A DNA stretch of 63,552 nucleotides, filler included, from Octopus bimaculoides (GCF_001194135.2; 6 parts of 5 records of this genome joined end to end with filler, not necessarily neighbours in it); one strand, 5' to 3'. Positions 13,480-25,825 are shown, numbered from the whole stretch's first letter. Notes: generated by a model not told the origin, from the sequence alone. Translations and numbers: made by a program.

Positions 13480-14280
13480 ACAGAGGTGATGACAAGTGAC
13501 CGAGACCTCTGGTGATATGCTGCGTGTAAGAAGACTTGTCAGACGAAGTGGAATTGTGCCAGTGCCATGTAAACGATACATTTGCATCATAGTCGTTGAT
13601 GGTACCATATAAATGGCACCTGTGAGTTGTGGTCATTGCTGGTGCCATACAAATAGCACCCATGAATAGTTGCTGCCATGTAAGTGACACCCACCTGCGA
13701 ATCATAGTTGTTGCTGGTGTCCTGTAAATGGCACACATGCTAGTGGCACGTAAAAAGCACCCATTACACTCCTAGAGTGGTTGGTGTTAGGAAAGGCATC
13801 CAGCTGTAGAAGCCATGCCAAATCAGACTTGAACCTGTGCATGTAGGTGCAGGAGTGGCTGTGTGGTAAGTAGCTTGCTTACCAACCTCATGGCTCTGGG
13901 TTCAGTCCCACTGCGTGGCACCTTGGGCAAGTGTCTTCTACTATAGCCTTGTGAGTGGATTTGGTAGACGGAAACTGAAAAAAGTCCGTCGTATATATGT
14001 ACGAGTGTCTGTGTGTGTCCCCCAACATCGCTTGACAACCAATGTTGGTGTGTTTACGGCCCTGTTACTTAGCGGTTCGGCATAAGAGACCGATAGAATA
14101 AGTACTGGGCTTACAAAGAATAAGTCCTGGGGTCGATTTGCTCGACTAAAGGCGGTGCACCAGCATGGTCACAGTCAAATGACTGAAACAAGTAAAAGAG
14201 TATTTCTCCAGCTCCTGTCAAACTGTCCAACCCATGCCACCATGGGGAGTGGACAATAAATGATGATGATGATGATGATG
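13480..14280 (+). mobile_element. RTE 3' end/UTR interrupted by a SINE-A copy
   Basis: ORF end (MTSDRDLW), GTGCCACGTAAAAGCACC-like UTR subrepeats, SINE at 13846-14200, then the tail resumes and ends in (GAT)n. Confidence 0.7.
13846..14200 (+). mobile_element. tRNA-derived SINE, family A (full length)
   Basis: A-box-like TGGCTGTGTGG, B-box-like GGTTCAGTCCC, CORE-like GGCACCTTGGGCAAGTGTC, internal (TG)n, tail ...GACTGAAACAAGTAAAAGAG. Many copies in the window. Confidence 0.85.
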
Positions 14281-14567
14281 AAATCGACAGCAGGACTTAT
14301 TCTTTAAGCCTAGTATTATTCAGTTATGTTTTATTCCCAATTCAAAGTCTGTTTCCATTTAAACAAATTGGATACAAAAACTAAAATGTAAGGGGGACCC
14401 CTTCCCCCTCAAAAAAAAGGCACTGTACAAATGCACCAACTGCTTCTCACCCTTTGTCTCCGGTAGCCATATAAAATCTCCCACTACCTACTTTGTGAAG
14501 CACTGTCCAATGCTTGAAGCCGCCATCCTCATCTTCTCCCTCTGGTCAAATACTTCAGCCACATGTT

Positions 14568-14919
14568 GCAGGAATGGCTGTGCGGTTAAGCTCATTTTGT
14601 AACCACATTGTTCCGGGTTCAGTCCCACAGCATGGCAAGACGGTCAAGTGTCTTCTCCCATAGCCCTAGGCTGACCAATTTAGTAAACAGAAACTGTGTC
14701 GAAGCCTATCGTATATGTATCTTTGTATTTGTCAACCACACCCAAACAACTTCTGTTGGTTTGTTTACATCCCTATAATTTAGCAGTTTGGTGAAAGGGA
14801 TCGATAGAATAACAACCAGATTTAAAAAAAATAAGTATAGGGGTTTGATTTGACTGACTAAACCCTTCAGGGCAATGCCCCAGCATAGCCACAGTCCAGT
14901 GACTGAAATGGGTAAAAGA
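14568..14919 (+). mobile_element. SINE family A, diverged copy
   Basis: Collinear with 13846-14200. Confidence 0.7.
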
Positions 14920-15621
14920 CACAACTTGAACTGATAACTGTTTGTTAATATCTTAACCTTTTGTCACCACATTTCTGTTGGAATACACAGCCAATGTTTG
15001 AATTTATAATAATAAAAGTGAAATTCTGTCTGCCCACCTGGAACCCCTGTATCTTAGTCTGCATTTGCTCTACATAAACATATAACCTTTTTGGAATCAG
15101 GATGACCCTGGGATTGAAAATCTGCCCTTCATTTGGTTCTTGAACATCCAGCATTGGGAATCTGACTTAAAGGCATTTGGGTTGCTATTTCTAGCAGGTA
15201 AAGCTTGTCTGATTCACGCCATCTTATATGGCGTTTGTCAGGTGACATCAGAGATCAAGGGGAGATAAATGATATTCACTCCCTTAATTTTACATCCAGA
15301 TAAGACCTTTACGACAAATTGGTCAACAGTTGGAATTGAAATGGGAACTAGAACAATAGAATGACTACATTACAGAATTTACTATCAACTGGCCTTAACC
15401 TCTGATCAAACACCACCAGGGCATATAGTCATGCTATTTAGCTCTCTTTAGTTTTGGGCAACAAACCCAATTAGCCCACTACATGGAGCCAGCTTAGAAG
15501 TCGACACAGGGTGTGGCTTTTATGCTATTTATGGATATAACAGAGAATTCAGCAAAATAACAAACTAGTGTTTGGACCAAATCAACATGAAATTTTGATG
15601 GGATGTTTTAAATTGGATCAC

Positions 15622-15846
15622 TTCAACCCGTTAGCATTTAAACCGGTCATATTTGGTAAAAATATTCTACCTGTTTTATGTTTAGACTGGCCAGATCTAG
15701 TTTCTCACACCTACCCTGCAATGTCATTCTAAAACATTTAACAGTTGCCTCATCAAAATTTCAAAGCTATGAGATAATGCATGATTAATTCAGAACAATG
15801 TGGATAAAGAAGGATTACATTTGACAGAGCAATCTGAACACTTAAG
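15622..15846 (+). mobile_element. Short TTAA-CCC-ended non-autonomous DNA element (piggyBac/Kolobok-like), decayed
   Basis: Starts TCAACCCGTTAGCATT. The partial inverted copy at about 7855-7980 ends AATGCTAAAGGGTTAA. Confidence 0.45.
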
Positions 15847-15896
15847 AAGACTATCATAGAATCAAGGATGATTTCAGGTGGCTTTGATATCAAAAA

Positions 15897-16250
15897 GGTT
15901 GGAGTGGCTGTGTGGTAAGTAGCTTGCTTACCAACCACATGGTTCCAGGTTCAGTCCCACTGCGTGGCACCTTGGGCAAGTGTCTTCTACTATAGCCTCG
16001 GGCCGACTAAAGCCTTGTGAGTGGATTTGGTAGACGGAAACTGAAAGAAGCCCGTCTTATATATGTGTGTGTGTGTTTGTCCCTCCACCATCGCTTGACA
16101 ACTGATGGTGGTGTGCTTACGTCCCCATAGCTTAGCGGTTTGGCTAAAGAGACCGAAAGAATAAGTCCTGGGGTTGATTTGCTCGACTAAAGGCGGTGCT
16201 CCAGCATGGCCGCAGTCAAATGACTGAAACAAGTAAAAAAAGAGTAAAGA
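15897..16250 (+). mobile_element. SINE family A (full length, little decayed)
   Basis: Same head/CORE-like/tail structure, with CpGs retained. Confidence 0.85.
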
Positions 16251-16313
16251 AACATGGAAAGGCGGCATGCTGGGCGAAATGCTTAGCGGTGTTTCGTCTG
16301 TCTTTATGTTCTG

Positions 16314-16413
16314 NNNNNNNNNNNNNNNNNNNNNNNNNNNNNNNNNNNNNNNNNNNNTTAATTAATTAANNNNNNNNNNNNNNNNNNNNNNNNNNNNNNN
16401 NNNNNNNNNNNNN
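16314..16413. other. Assembly join: 44 N + TTAATTAATTAA + 44 N (also 5468-5567, 11678-11777, 19101-19200, 44331-44430)
   Basis: Five identical 100-bp cassettes. The 12-mer is palindromic with TAA in all six frames. Confidence 0.95.
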
Positions 16414-16596
16414 GTGGCGGACAAAAAACAAGACAGGAAAACAAACAGAAAAGGCTTTACGGCCAGACGAGAAAAATTATGTGTGTATGAACGCGATGAG
16501 GCACGAACTTGAGAGGGACAAAGTGGTGCGTGTGTTGCTTGGCGAAAGCCAAGGAAGGAAAGGATTATTGACCGGAAGCATGTGACCATGCCGGTA

Positions 16597-16805
16597 GAGA
16601 GAGTGTTTATGAATGGGATGATGTTTTCTTTGTTTTTCTTTTTTAGAGTTCTGAGTTGTATGATGTCCAGTTTCATTGCTCTTGAGATTCCGTTTTCTAT
16701 TAATTTGAGTGGGTATTTCTGTTCTAGTAGGAAGTTTTTAAGTGCATTTAGTCTTATTTGGTGTGTTTGTGAATCGACCACTATGCTGCATATGCGTCTT
16801 GTCAC
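16597..16805 (-). mobile_element. Penelope-like RT C-terminal/thumb fragment (AT-rich family)
   Basis: TRRICSIVVDSQTHQIRLNALKNFLLEQKYPLKLIENGISRA...IIPFINT resembles the PLE post-RT region. Confidence 0.65.
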
Positions 16806-16976
16806 CTGGTCTTGCCATTTTCACAGACCAAGTATCAACTTGTCATCTTCTATTGAAAGAACTGACCAAATGTATAGATATAAACACATTTTTTTCTTCT
16901 TTCTTTCTTTCCTTCTATTTTCCATTGACATTAAGAAAAAACACATTTTTTCACTTTGAAAACATTTTCCTTTCAG

Positions 16977-17003
16977 ACCCCCTGGTGAGCTGGCTGAACC
17001 AAA
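16977..17003 (+). CDS. Candidate 27-nt microexon (xPLVSWLNQ in phase 1)
   Basis: Acceptor CATTTTCCTTTCAG, donor AA|GTAAGC, length 3n, unique sequence. Confidence 0.35.
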
Positions 17004-17861
17004 GTAAGCATCTGTTTCAGCCACCTACTTAAAAGTATTCTTTTTCTTTATCTCCTGTTCAAAATACTTCCTTCTAGATACACAAGCACACACACGCGCG
17101 CGCACGCACACAGACACACACACATACACACATACCCTCTCTCACTTTCTTCCTCTACTATCTCTCCATTCCTCTCCCTCTTTTCCTACCCTTTACGCTC
17201 TACATTACTCTTCTTTTCTCCCTCTCTCTCTCCACCCCAACCCATTCACTGATACTACAAAAAGAGACAAATCCCTTCACACAATTTAAATCTGAAGAAT
17301 CTATTAGAGTAGATGAAAATATGTGATTTGTAAAAACATATGACATATTAATAAATATTTGTGTATGTACAACCATCCAGATCTCTGAATACCTTATATT
17401 TTCTAATATATAATATCTGTACATCACCTCCAAACCTTCTANNNNNNNNNNNNNNNNNNNNNNNNNNNNNNNNNNNNNNNNNNNNNNNNNNNNNNNNNNN
17501 NNNNNNNNNNNNNNNNNNNNNNNNNNNNNNNNNNNNNNNNNNNNNNNNNNNNNNNNNNNNNNNNNNNNNNNNNNNNNNNNNNNNNNNNNNNNNNNNNNNN
17601 NNNNNNNNNNNNNNNNNNNNNNNNNNNNNNNNNNNNNNNNNNNNNNNNNNNNNNNNNNNNNNNNNNNNNNNNNNNNNNNNNNNNNNNNNNNNNNNNNNNN
17701 NNNNNNNNNNNNNNNNNNNNNNNNNNNNNNNNNNNNNNNNNNNNNNNNNNNNNNNNNNNNNNNNNNNNNNNNNNNNNNNNNNNNNNNNNNNNCACGCATA
17801 ACACATACACACATATAAACACACAAACATACTCACATACACGGTCACACACACTTTGAAC

Positions 17862-18184
17862 TGGTACTCCGTCGGTTACGACGACGATAAGTGCTTCAGT
17901 TGATCCGATCAGCGGAACAGCTTGCTCGTGAAATTAACGTGCAAGTGCTTGAGTACTCCAGAGACATGTGTACTCTTAACGCAGTTCCCAGGGAGATTCA
18001 GTGTCACACAAAATGTGACAAGGCTGGCCTTTTTCGAAATACAGGTACTACTCATTTTCGCCAGCTGAGTAGACTTGAGCTACGTGAAATAAAGTGTCTT
18101 GCTCAAGGACACAACGCGTCGCCGGGGATCGAACTCAGGACGTTACGATCGTGAGCCGAATGCCCTAACCATTATTCCACGCGC
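17862..18184 (-). mobile_element. tRNA-derived SINE, family C (full length)
   Basis: Reverse complement of 27816-28098 (head TGGCTTAGTAGTTAGGG...GTGAGTTCAATTCC, tail GAACCCTCGTCGTCGTA). Confidence 0.85.
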
Positions 18185-18265
18185 ACACAGAACGCATACA
18201 CATTTAAACACACTCATCCACATAAACATACACATACTGGCACATAAACACATTTATACACGCTC

Positions 18266-18297
<32 letters not shown>

Positions 18298-18891
18298 GCA
18301 GTGGTGCGTAATGATTTTATTAGTTTTATGCGCTCTAAATATAATTACTCAAGATATCCCCCCTCTCTCTCTCTCCTATACATATTTTAGCACAATGATT
18401 AAAATATTTTCTCACAATGCTGTAATTAATTAATACGCTTTATGACGTCATGACAAAATAATATTTCTCCTACAATAATTCATGTTTTTTTTAGTATTTT
18501 ATTTAGTTAGCGAAAGTTTGTTCGTGTGGTGTTGTTTTACTCGTCCTCCGCCAGACGCAGCTGACCTGGTTAACCGAGTTGACCTGGCTGAACCCGTTTG
18601 ACCCAGTTAACCTGACTAACCCGGTTGTTTTGGCCCTATGAATAACGCTTCAAGACGCGGCTCCATTTACTTACAGGTTCTCCGATTATCAACAACCGGA
18701 CAATTTCCAATCTTCATCTTTTTATTATTTCACTTATTTCTGCCGCGGTCCACTTTGCCTTTCATCCTTTCGGAGTCGATAAAATAAGTACCAGTTGAGT
18801 ACTGGGATCGGTGTAGTCGACTTACCCCTCTCCCCCCGCTTCAAAATTCAGGCTTTGTGCCTATTGCAGAAAGGATTATTTCCTTATTTCT

Positions 18892-19100
18892 AAGGCAGCG
18901 AGTTGGCAGAATCGTTAGCACGTCGGGCAAAATGCATAGAGGCATTTCATTCATCTTTACGCTCTGAGTTCAAATTTCGCCAAGGACGGCTGCGCCTTTT
19001 ATCCTTTCGGAGGTCAATAAAATAAATACCAATTAGACACTGGGTTCGATGTAATCGACTTAACCCCTCAAATAAAATTTCAGGCCTTGCGTTTATAGTA
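18892..19100 (+). mobile_element. SINE family B (preceded by a partial tandem copy at ~18743-18878)
   Basis: Head AGGCGGCGAGCTGGCAGAA...CTGAGTTCAAAT...GTCGACTTTGCCTTTCATCCTTTCGGGGTCGAT, seen in more than 10 copies. Confidence 0.8.
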
Positions 19101-19598
19101 NNNNNNNNNNNNNNNNNNNNNNNNNNNNNNNNNNNNNNNNNNNNTTAATTAATTAANNNNNNNNNNNNNNNNNNNNNNNNNNNNNNNNNNNNNNNNNNNN
19201 AATACAGGAATCTGATGACTGATTTAAGTAGATTAGATGTTAAGGATAGAGATCAGGAATATATGTTGTAAAGTTTCAATTACCAAAATAAATATGTGCT
19301 AGTTGATAGTTCTAGATGACTATAATAGAAGTAAGGTACTATAAATTTTGATAACTTTAGTTGTTTAAATAAAAGTCCTATTTTTTAAAAAAATTAAAAG
19401 TGCGAGTAGAGCAATGCACACATGATACCCTAAGGTCTAATCTATTATTGATTAGATTAGGATTGTTCCTAAGTTATATATATATATATATTAGGCACTG
19501 GGGTACTTTTTCTATTCTATTACTCGCTAAGTTACTAGGATGTAAACAGACGAACACCAGTTGTCAACCTGTGGTGGTAGGTACAACACACACGAAGG

Positions 19599-19637
<39 letters not shown>

Positions 19638-20534
19638 GCATGCATACTTGCATCGAAATCTATAAAACTTTCCAGAAGTTTATCATTTAAATACACATGA
19701 GCATGTTTAGACATTCAAGTATATGCGTGAGAAGGCATACATAAAACAAAACATGCAAATCTTCACATATACATACATACATACATACATACATACATAC
19801 ATAATACATACATGCATACAAAAATACCCTGTTGATGTTGAAATTCCAATGAAGGATCCTTGGATCCAGGTTAGAAATCGACCCTTTATTGGCAAAAAAT
19901 CTTGAAATATAACTGAAGACATACATACATACATACATACATACATACACACATACATACACACATATATATATATACATACATACATACATACATAGAT
20001 ATATACATACATACATACATAGATATATACATACATACATACATACATACATACATACATACATACATACATACATACATACATACATACATAGTATATA
20101 GTACTATATGCGATAAACTCTGATCCAACACGACTTTGACACGACGTCTCTTTAGATTTAAACAAAACCTATACTAATCGAGAATAATTAGTAATTTTCT
20201 CCTCTAACTGCAATAAGTTTGCAAGATGAAAAAAAAAAGAGAGAGAAGATGCCAAAAAAATTTAAATAATAATCTATCCATCCCCACTGAGTAATATTAA
20301 GTAAACTTGAAATAATTTTATTTTTTTAAATGCATTTTCTTTAAACAGCTACAATTTCATGACTATTATGCCATTTAAAATGGCGCATCTTCCATTTTCA
20401 TTCGTCACACGATAGATCGCCTGGCAGACGATAGATCGCTTAGCTGACGTGCTTTCTGTGTTTGATTAAGAAGCTGAGAAGAGAAGTCAGGTCCCCATCA
20501 ACTCAAATGCTCTTTCTGTCTCTATTTTCTTTTC

Positions 20535-20594
<60 letters not shown>

Positions 20595-20878
20595 TGCATA
20601 TGTGTGTATTTGAAGGAGTATATTTGTGTGTGTTTGTATCTGTCTGCTTTTAAGTGTATGTATGTGTGTGAAGACGAAACAGCATCCTTTAATGAATTAA
20701 GCAAACGTGTTTGAAGAGTTTAAATCATCGTAACACATCGCAGATAGAATGCTAAGATGGCGGGCGACATATTATCGTTTTTGCGAAGCGATTCAGAGGA
20801 GTCGAAGGTCAGTTGTAACTAGTGTGAAAGCATTCACAGCGAGAGAGAACAAGAGAGGGTGAGGGTGGGAGAGAGAGA

Positions 20879-20909
<31 letters not shown>

Positions 20910-22393
20910 CAGGATAGACAGAAAGAGAGAATAAGAGCTGAAGAAACAAGTGATTATAAGAAAGAAATACAAAAAGAAAGAGGGAGAGAGAGCGAGAAAG
21001 AGAGAGAGAGAGAGAGAGCAGGATAGACAGAAAGAGAGAATAANNNNNNNNNNGAGAGAGAGAGAGCGAGAGAGAGAGAGCGAGAGAGAGAGAGCGAGAG
21101 AGAGAGAGAGCGAGAGAGAGAGAGAGCGAGAGAGAGAGAGAATTAACTACTACAAATATATTGAGTATTGTTTAGCTGTTGTAGTTGTCTTTCAGATGTA
21201 TTAAATAGTTGTTTCATTAGTAAGAGACGCCAAAAAAACTAAAACATCTGGTCATAAATCATATTGGTGCCGTCATCGTCATCGTCGTCGTCGACATCAT
21301 CGTCATCGCTGTAGTAGTTGCTTGTTTTGTCATATTTTTATTTCACTGAAAAAGCTGAAGAAACCGGAATTCGGTTTAAATATTTATATACGTGTGTGTG
21401 TGATGTGTGTGTACATATGATACGACATGATATTATATATACGTATGTAAAACAGCGAGCTAGCAGAATCGTTAGTATGCCGGGAAAAAAATGCTTAGCG
21501 ACATTTCATCCGTCCAAGCGTTCTGAGTTCAAATGCTGCCGATGTCGATTTAGACTTTTATCCTTTCGGAGTCGATAAAATAAGTAGCGGTCGAGCGGTG
21601 GAGTAGAGCGAGACGAAGGTATTCTTCGAATTAAGCCTTTGAACCTGTGATGCGTTATCGTTTGACTATACCCCTAGGAGTGACAAAAGCGGGCGACCCC
21701 TTGGTTTCAAATTTGCGATTGAAAATAACCGTTTGTCTTTTTTTAACTGCCAGTCTGTCGGTTAAGACGTCGTGGATTCCAGTTGGTCTGATGATGATGA
21801 ACATAATATTTGTTGGTCATTGAATTCAAATTCTGCCGAGGTCGACTTCGCTTTTATCCTTTCGGGGTCGATAGATTAAGTACCAGTTGCGTACTGAGAT
21901 CGATCTAATCGACTGGCCCCAAACTCCAAAACCCTGCTCGTGAGATGTACTCTATAGATTTAAACTCACTCGCTTATTGTTTATGATAAGAGCGGGTTAG
22001 AATTATCTTATTTCTAAAACCTCTTTTACTAGGAAAACAAATATACATTTCACTACACTTCGTTAACGATTGTGAAAGTGTGTGTGGCCTAGTGGCTAGG
22101 ATCTTACACTCAAGGTTGCCAGATGGTGGTTTCGACTCCTGGACCGGGCAGTGTTTTGTGCCTTTGAACAAAATACTTCATTTCGTGCCGCTCCAGTCAA
22201 CTCAGCTGTAAATGAGTCCCAGTAAATAACTGGGAAGTTAACTCTGCAATGGACTGGCATCCCGTTCAGGGGGAGCGTTGTGATTTCAAGTAACCAGCCC
22301 CATGATTTCTAGGGCGCGGGACGATAATGTCTAGATTTATTTCTAACGGCTCATCTCGTTAACTATTCGATTTGTGACTACGGAACTACGTTT

Positions 22394-22627
22394 CTTATTT
22401 CTTTATTGCCCACAAGGGGCTATACATAGAGAGGACAAACAAAGACAGACAAAAGGATTAAGTCGATTACATCGACCCCAGTACGCAAATGGTACTTAAT
22501 TTATCGACCCCGAAAGGATGAAAGATAAAGTCGACCTTGGCGGAATTTGAACTCAGAACGTAACGGCAGACGAAATACCGCTAAGCATTTCGCCCGGCGT
22601 GTTAACGATTCAGCCAGATCGACGCCT
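22394..22627 (-). mobile_element. SINE family B
   Basis: Reverse complement of the family B consensus, well preserved. Confidence 0.85.
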
Positions 22628-23984
22628 GCTGAGTAAATCCAATATGACTACGAGAGGGTGCTGAAAAGCTCCTGGCTTTTTGTAAAAGAAAATATAGGAG
22701 GCTCAGTTAATTCTATTGAACAAATTCNNNNNNNNNNNNNNNNNNNNNNNNNNNNNNNNNNNNNNNNNNNNNNNNNNNNNNNNNNNNNNNNNNNNNNNNN
22801 NNNNNNNNNNNNNNNNNNNNNNNNNNNNNNNNNNNNNNNNNNNNNNNNNNNNNNNNNNNNNNNNNNNNNNNNNNNNNNNNNNNNNNNNNNNNNNNNNNNN
22901 NNNNNNNNNNNNNNNNNNNNNNNNNNNNNNNNNNNNNNNNNNNNNNNNNNNNNNNNNNNNNNNNNNNNNNNNNNNNNNNNNNNNNNNNNNNNNNNNNNNN
23001 NNNNNNNNNNNNNNNNNNNNNNNNNNNNNNNNNNNNNNNNNNNNNNNNNNNNNNNNNNNNNNNNNNNNNNNNNNNNNNNNNNNNNNNNNNNNNNNNNNNN
23101 NNNNNNNNNNNNNNNNNNNNNNNNNNNNNNNNNNNNNNNNNNNNNNNNNNNNNNNNNNNNNNNNNNNNNNNNNNNNNNNNNNNNNNNNNNNNNNNNNNAT
23201 TCCATACATTAAATATTCGTCCATTCGCTTGAACAATTATTTATCATGCAAATGGCGTCTCAGGATTATCGATATTTGAGTCGTGTTTGGCCACACGAAC
23301 ACAACTCAATGTCTGCTACAGCCAATATCGGTCAACGGTCGAAGGAAACCAGTGGTGAAGACACATGGCGTCACGTATTGTAAAGTTAAGTGGAGCCCAC
23401 CTTCATGAAAACAGAGAGAGAGAGAGAGAGAATGAGAAAGAGAGAGAGAGAGAGAAAGGTGGAGGAGAGTAGAAAGAAAGAAGTACAAAGAGAAGAGGAG
23501 AGAAGCGGAGCATTCACTCTCTTGCATAGCTAATATATGTTTATAACAGCGATTCCCTCTTCTGCATTACTGCTGCCGCTGGCCAGACTGATAGCGGTAG
23601 TAGTTGTGACAGATTTCTGTTTGCTCCGTATAAATAAGTTACACAACTGGAACACCTCCTTGGCTACAGAATACCTTCACATTATCGCTTTACAATATTT
23701 CTTTCTTTTTTGTTCTTTTTTTATTTTATTTTATTTTTTTTGGCGTTTGCAAAAAGAATGCATGCAGCGTGATGATAAGATGACGGCCACGAAGAAAATG
23801 GCGGCGACGGCAATGATGATGATGATAATGTTGATGATGACATTTACGACGACGACGACGATGACAAAGATAATACTGATACCGAGGAGGAGGAGGAGGA
23901 GGAGGAGGATAATAGCAACTACGACGGCGATGATAATTATAACTCTGATGTGGATGAAGATGATGATGAACGTAATATCTGTTG

Positions 23985-24140
23985 TTTATTGAGTTCAAAT
24001 TCTGCCGAGGTCGACTTTGCCTTTTATGCTTTCGGGGTCGGTAAATTAAGTACCGGTTGCGTACTGGGGTCGATCTAATCGACTGCCCCCCCCCTCCCCC
24101 CAAAAATTTCGGGACTTTGTGCCTAGAGTAGAAAAGAATA
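23985..24140 (+). mobile_element. SINE family B, 5'-truncated
   Basis: GAGTTCAAATTCTGCCGAGGTCGACTTTG...GTAGAAAAGAAT. Confidence 0.8.
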
Positions 24141-24148
24141 TTTGTTGT

Positions 24149-24445
24149 TTATGAATGATGACTGTGATGATGACGGCGACGATGATGATGATGATGATGA
24201 CGACGACGTCGACGATGACGATGACGATAACGATGACGATGATGATGATGATGATGAAGATGATGATGAAGATTAACGGCAGCGGTAATAACAATGATAA
24301 TGACGATGAAGAGGAGAATTATATTGATGATGATGACGATGGTGATGATAATTATGACGACGACGACGATGACGAGGATGATTATGATGCTGATAATGGT
24401 GATGATCTTGATGATCATGACGACGCCGATCATTATGATGATCGG
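24149..24445. repeat. Degenerate (GAT/GAC)n trinucleotide repeat
   Basis: Directly visible. It produces the poly-D, poly-H and poly-I ORFs in the track. Confidence 0.9.
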
Positions 24446-24510
24446 CCCTAATCAAACAAATTTATGATCAAAAAGTTCCATCTGGAACTACCCTGTCTTT
24501 TTAAAGGTAT

Positions 24511-24639
24511 CAACAAACAAATGGAGGGGGTCGAACTGGAGTCGCCGGAAAGCTCGGAGAATGGTGCGCTGGAGAGGCAGGGTAGATGGATGGTAGGTGA
24601 GGAGAAACGGGAGACGGGCAACGGCGGGGAGGGTGCGGG

Positions 24640-24676
<37 letters not shown>

Positions 24677-25768
24677 NNNNNNNNNNNNNNNNNNNNNNNN
24701 NNNNNNNNNNNNNNNNNNNNNNNNNNNNNNNNNNNNNNNNNNNNNNNNNNNNNNNNNNNNNNNNNNNNNNNNNNNNNNNNNNNNNNNNNNNNNNNNNNNN
24801 NNNNNNNNNNNNNNNNNNNNNNNNNNNNNNNNNNNNNNNNNNNNNNNNNNNNNNNNNNNNNNNNNNNNNNNNNNNNNNNNNNNNGTGGCGAGCAATGAGC
24901 TGAGAATGAGTCTCTAAGTCATGGGTGTCACTGCAGAGCCTGTGCAAACAGAGGAGTTGGGAGTAGGGGGTGGAGAGCTTGGTGTGGGTAGGGTGGAAGG
25001 AGGAGAAGTTGAGGTATGAACGTGAGTTGGTGTGTTTGTAGTAGATGGAGGTAGTGAGAGCAGAGTTGCGTATATTGACCGAAATGTCGAGAAAGGCGAC
25101 GGAAGTGTTGGAAATAGTGCAGGAGAATTTGAGGGCAGGATGGAAGGATTGGACAAAAGAGAGGAAGGAGTCTAGTTGTTCGCGGGAGAGCGAGGTCGCA
25201 TCGATACAATCATAAATATAACGACCGTATAGCTCGGGAGTGGGACCAGTGAATCTTGAAAATATTTGGGCTTCAACGTAGCCAACGAATAGGTTCGCAT
25301 AGCTGGGGCCCATTTTTGTTCCCATGGCCACTCCCGAAATCTTTTGGTAAAACACCCCCGCTAACGAATAGTATTTGAGGGAGAGAAGATGTTTGACCAG
25401 ACGGGTCAGGTTGGGGGTTGTGTCGAAGATCTAGGAAATGTTTGAGGGCAAGAAGTTCTTCGTTGTGTGGGATCAACGTATATAGACTCTTGATATCAAG
25501 AGGGAAGAGAAGTTTAGAGAGGCTAGGAGGTGACGAGAACGAGTTAAAAAGACGGAGAGCATGGTTAGTGTCGTGGATGTGTGAAGGAAGAGAAGCCACT
25601 AGGGGGCCAAGGACACGGTCAAAGTATTTCGAGATCAGTTCCGTGGGGCAATTACAGGTAGAGTCGATGGGACGGCCAGGGCTGTTGGGCTTGTGGATTT
25701 TGGGAAGAAAGTAAATGGTGAGGGAGCATGGAGTGCGGACAATGAGGTTGGAGGCGGTGGGAGACACA
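24511..25768 (-). mobile_element. Penelope-like retroelement RT fragment (frameshifted, inactive)
   Basis: YFLPKIHKPNSPGRPI, LDIKSLYTLIPH, GVAMGTKMGPSYANLFVG, RYIYD (YIDD mutated), FLDISV, and linker RLPFLLTYHPS beyond the N-gap. Confidence 0.92.
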
Positions 25769-25788
25769 TACATACATATCTATCTATC

Positions 25789-25825
<37 letters not shown>

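Noticed and set aside
13846-13930. tRNA-like A/B boxes at SINE heads
   Set aside because: No complete cloverleaf, and always followed by SINE body, so not tRNA genes.
24046-24455. Poly-Asp, poly-His and poly-Ile ORFs
   Set aside because: Translations of a degenerate (GAT/GAC)n repeat open on both strands, with no domain or splice support.
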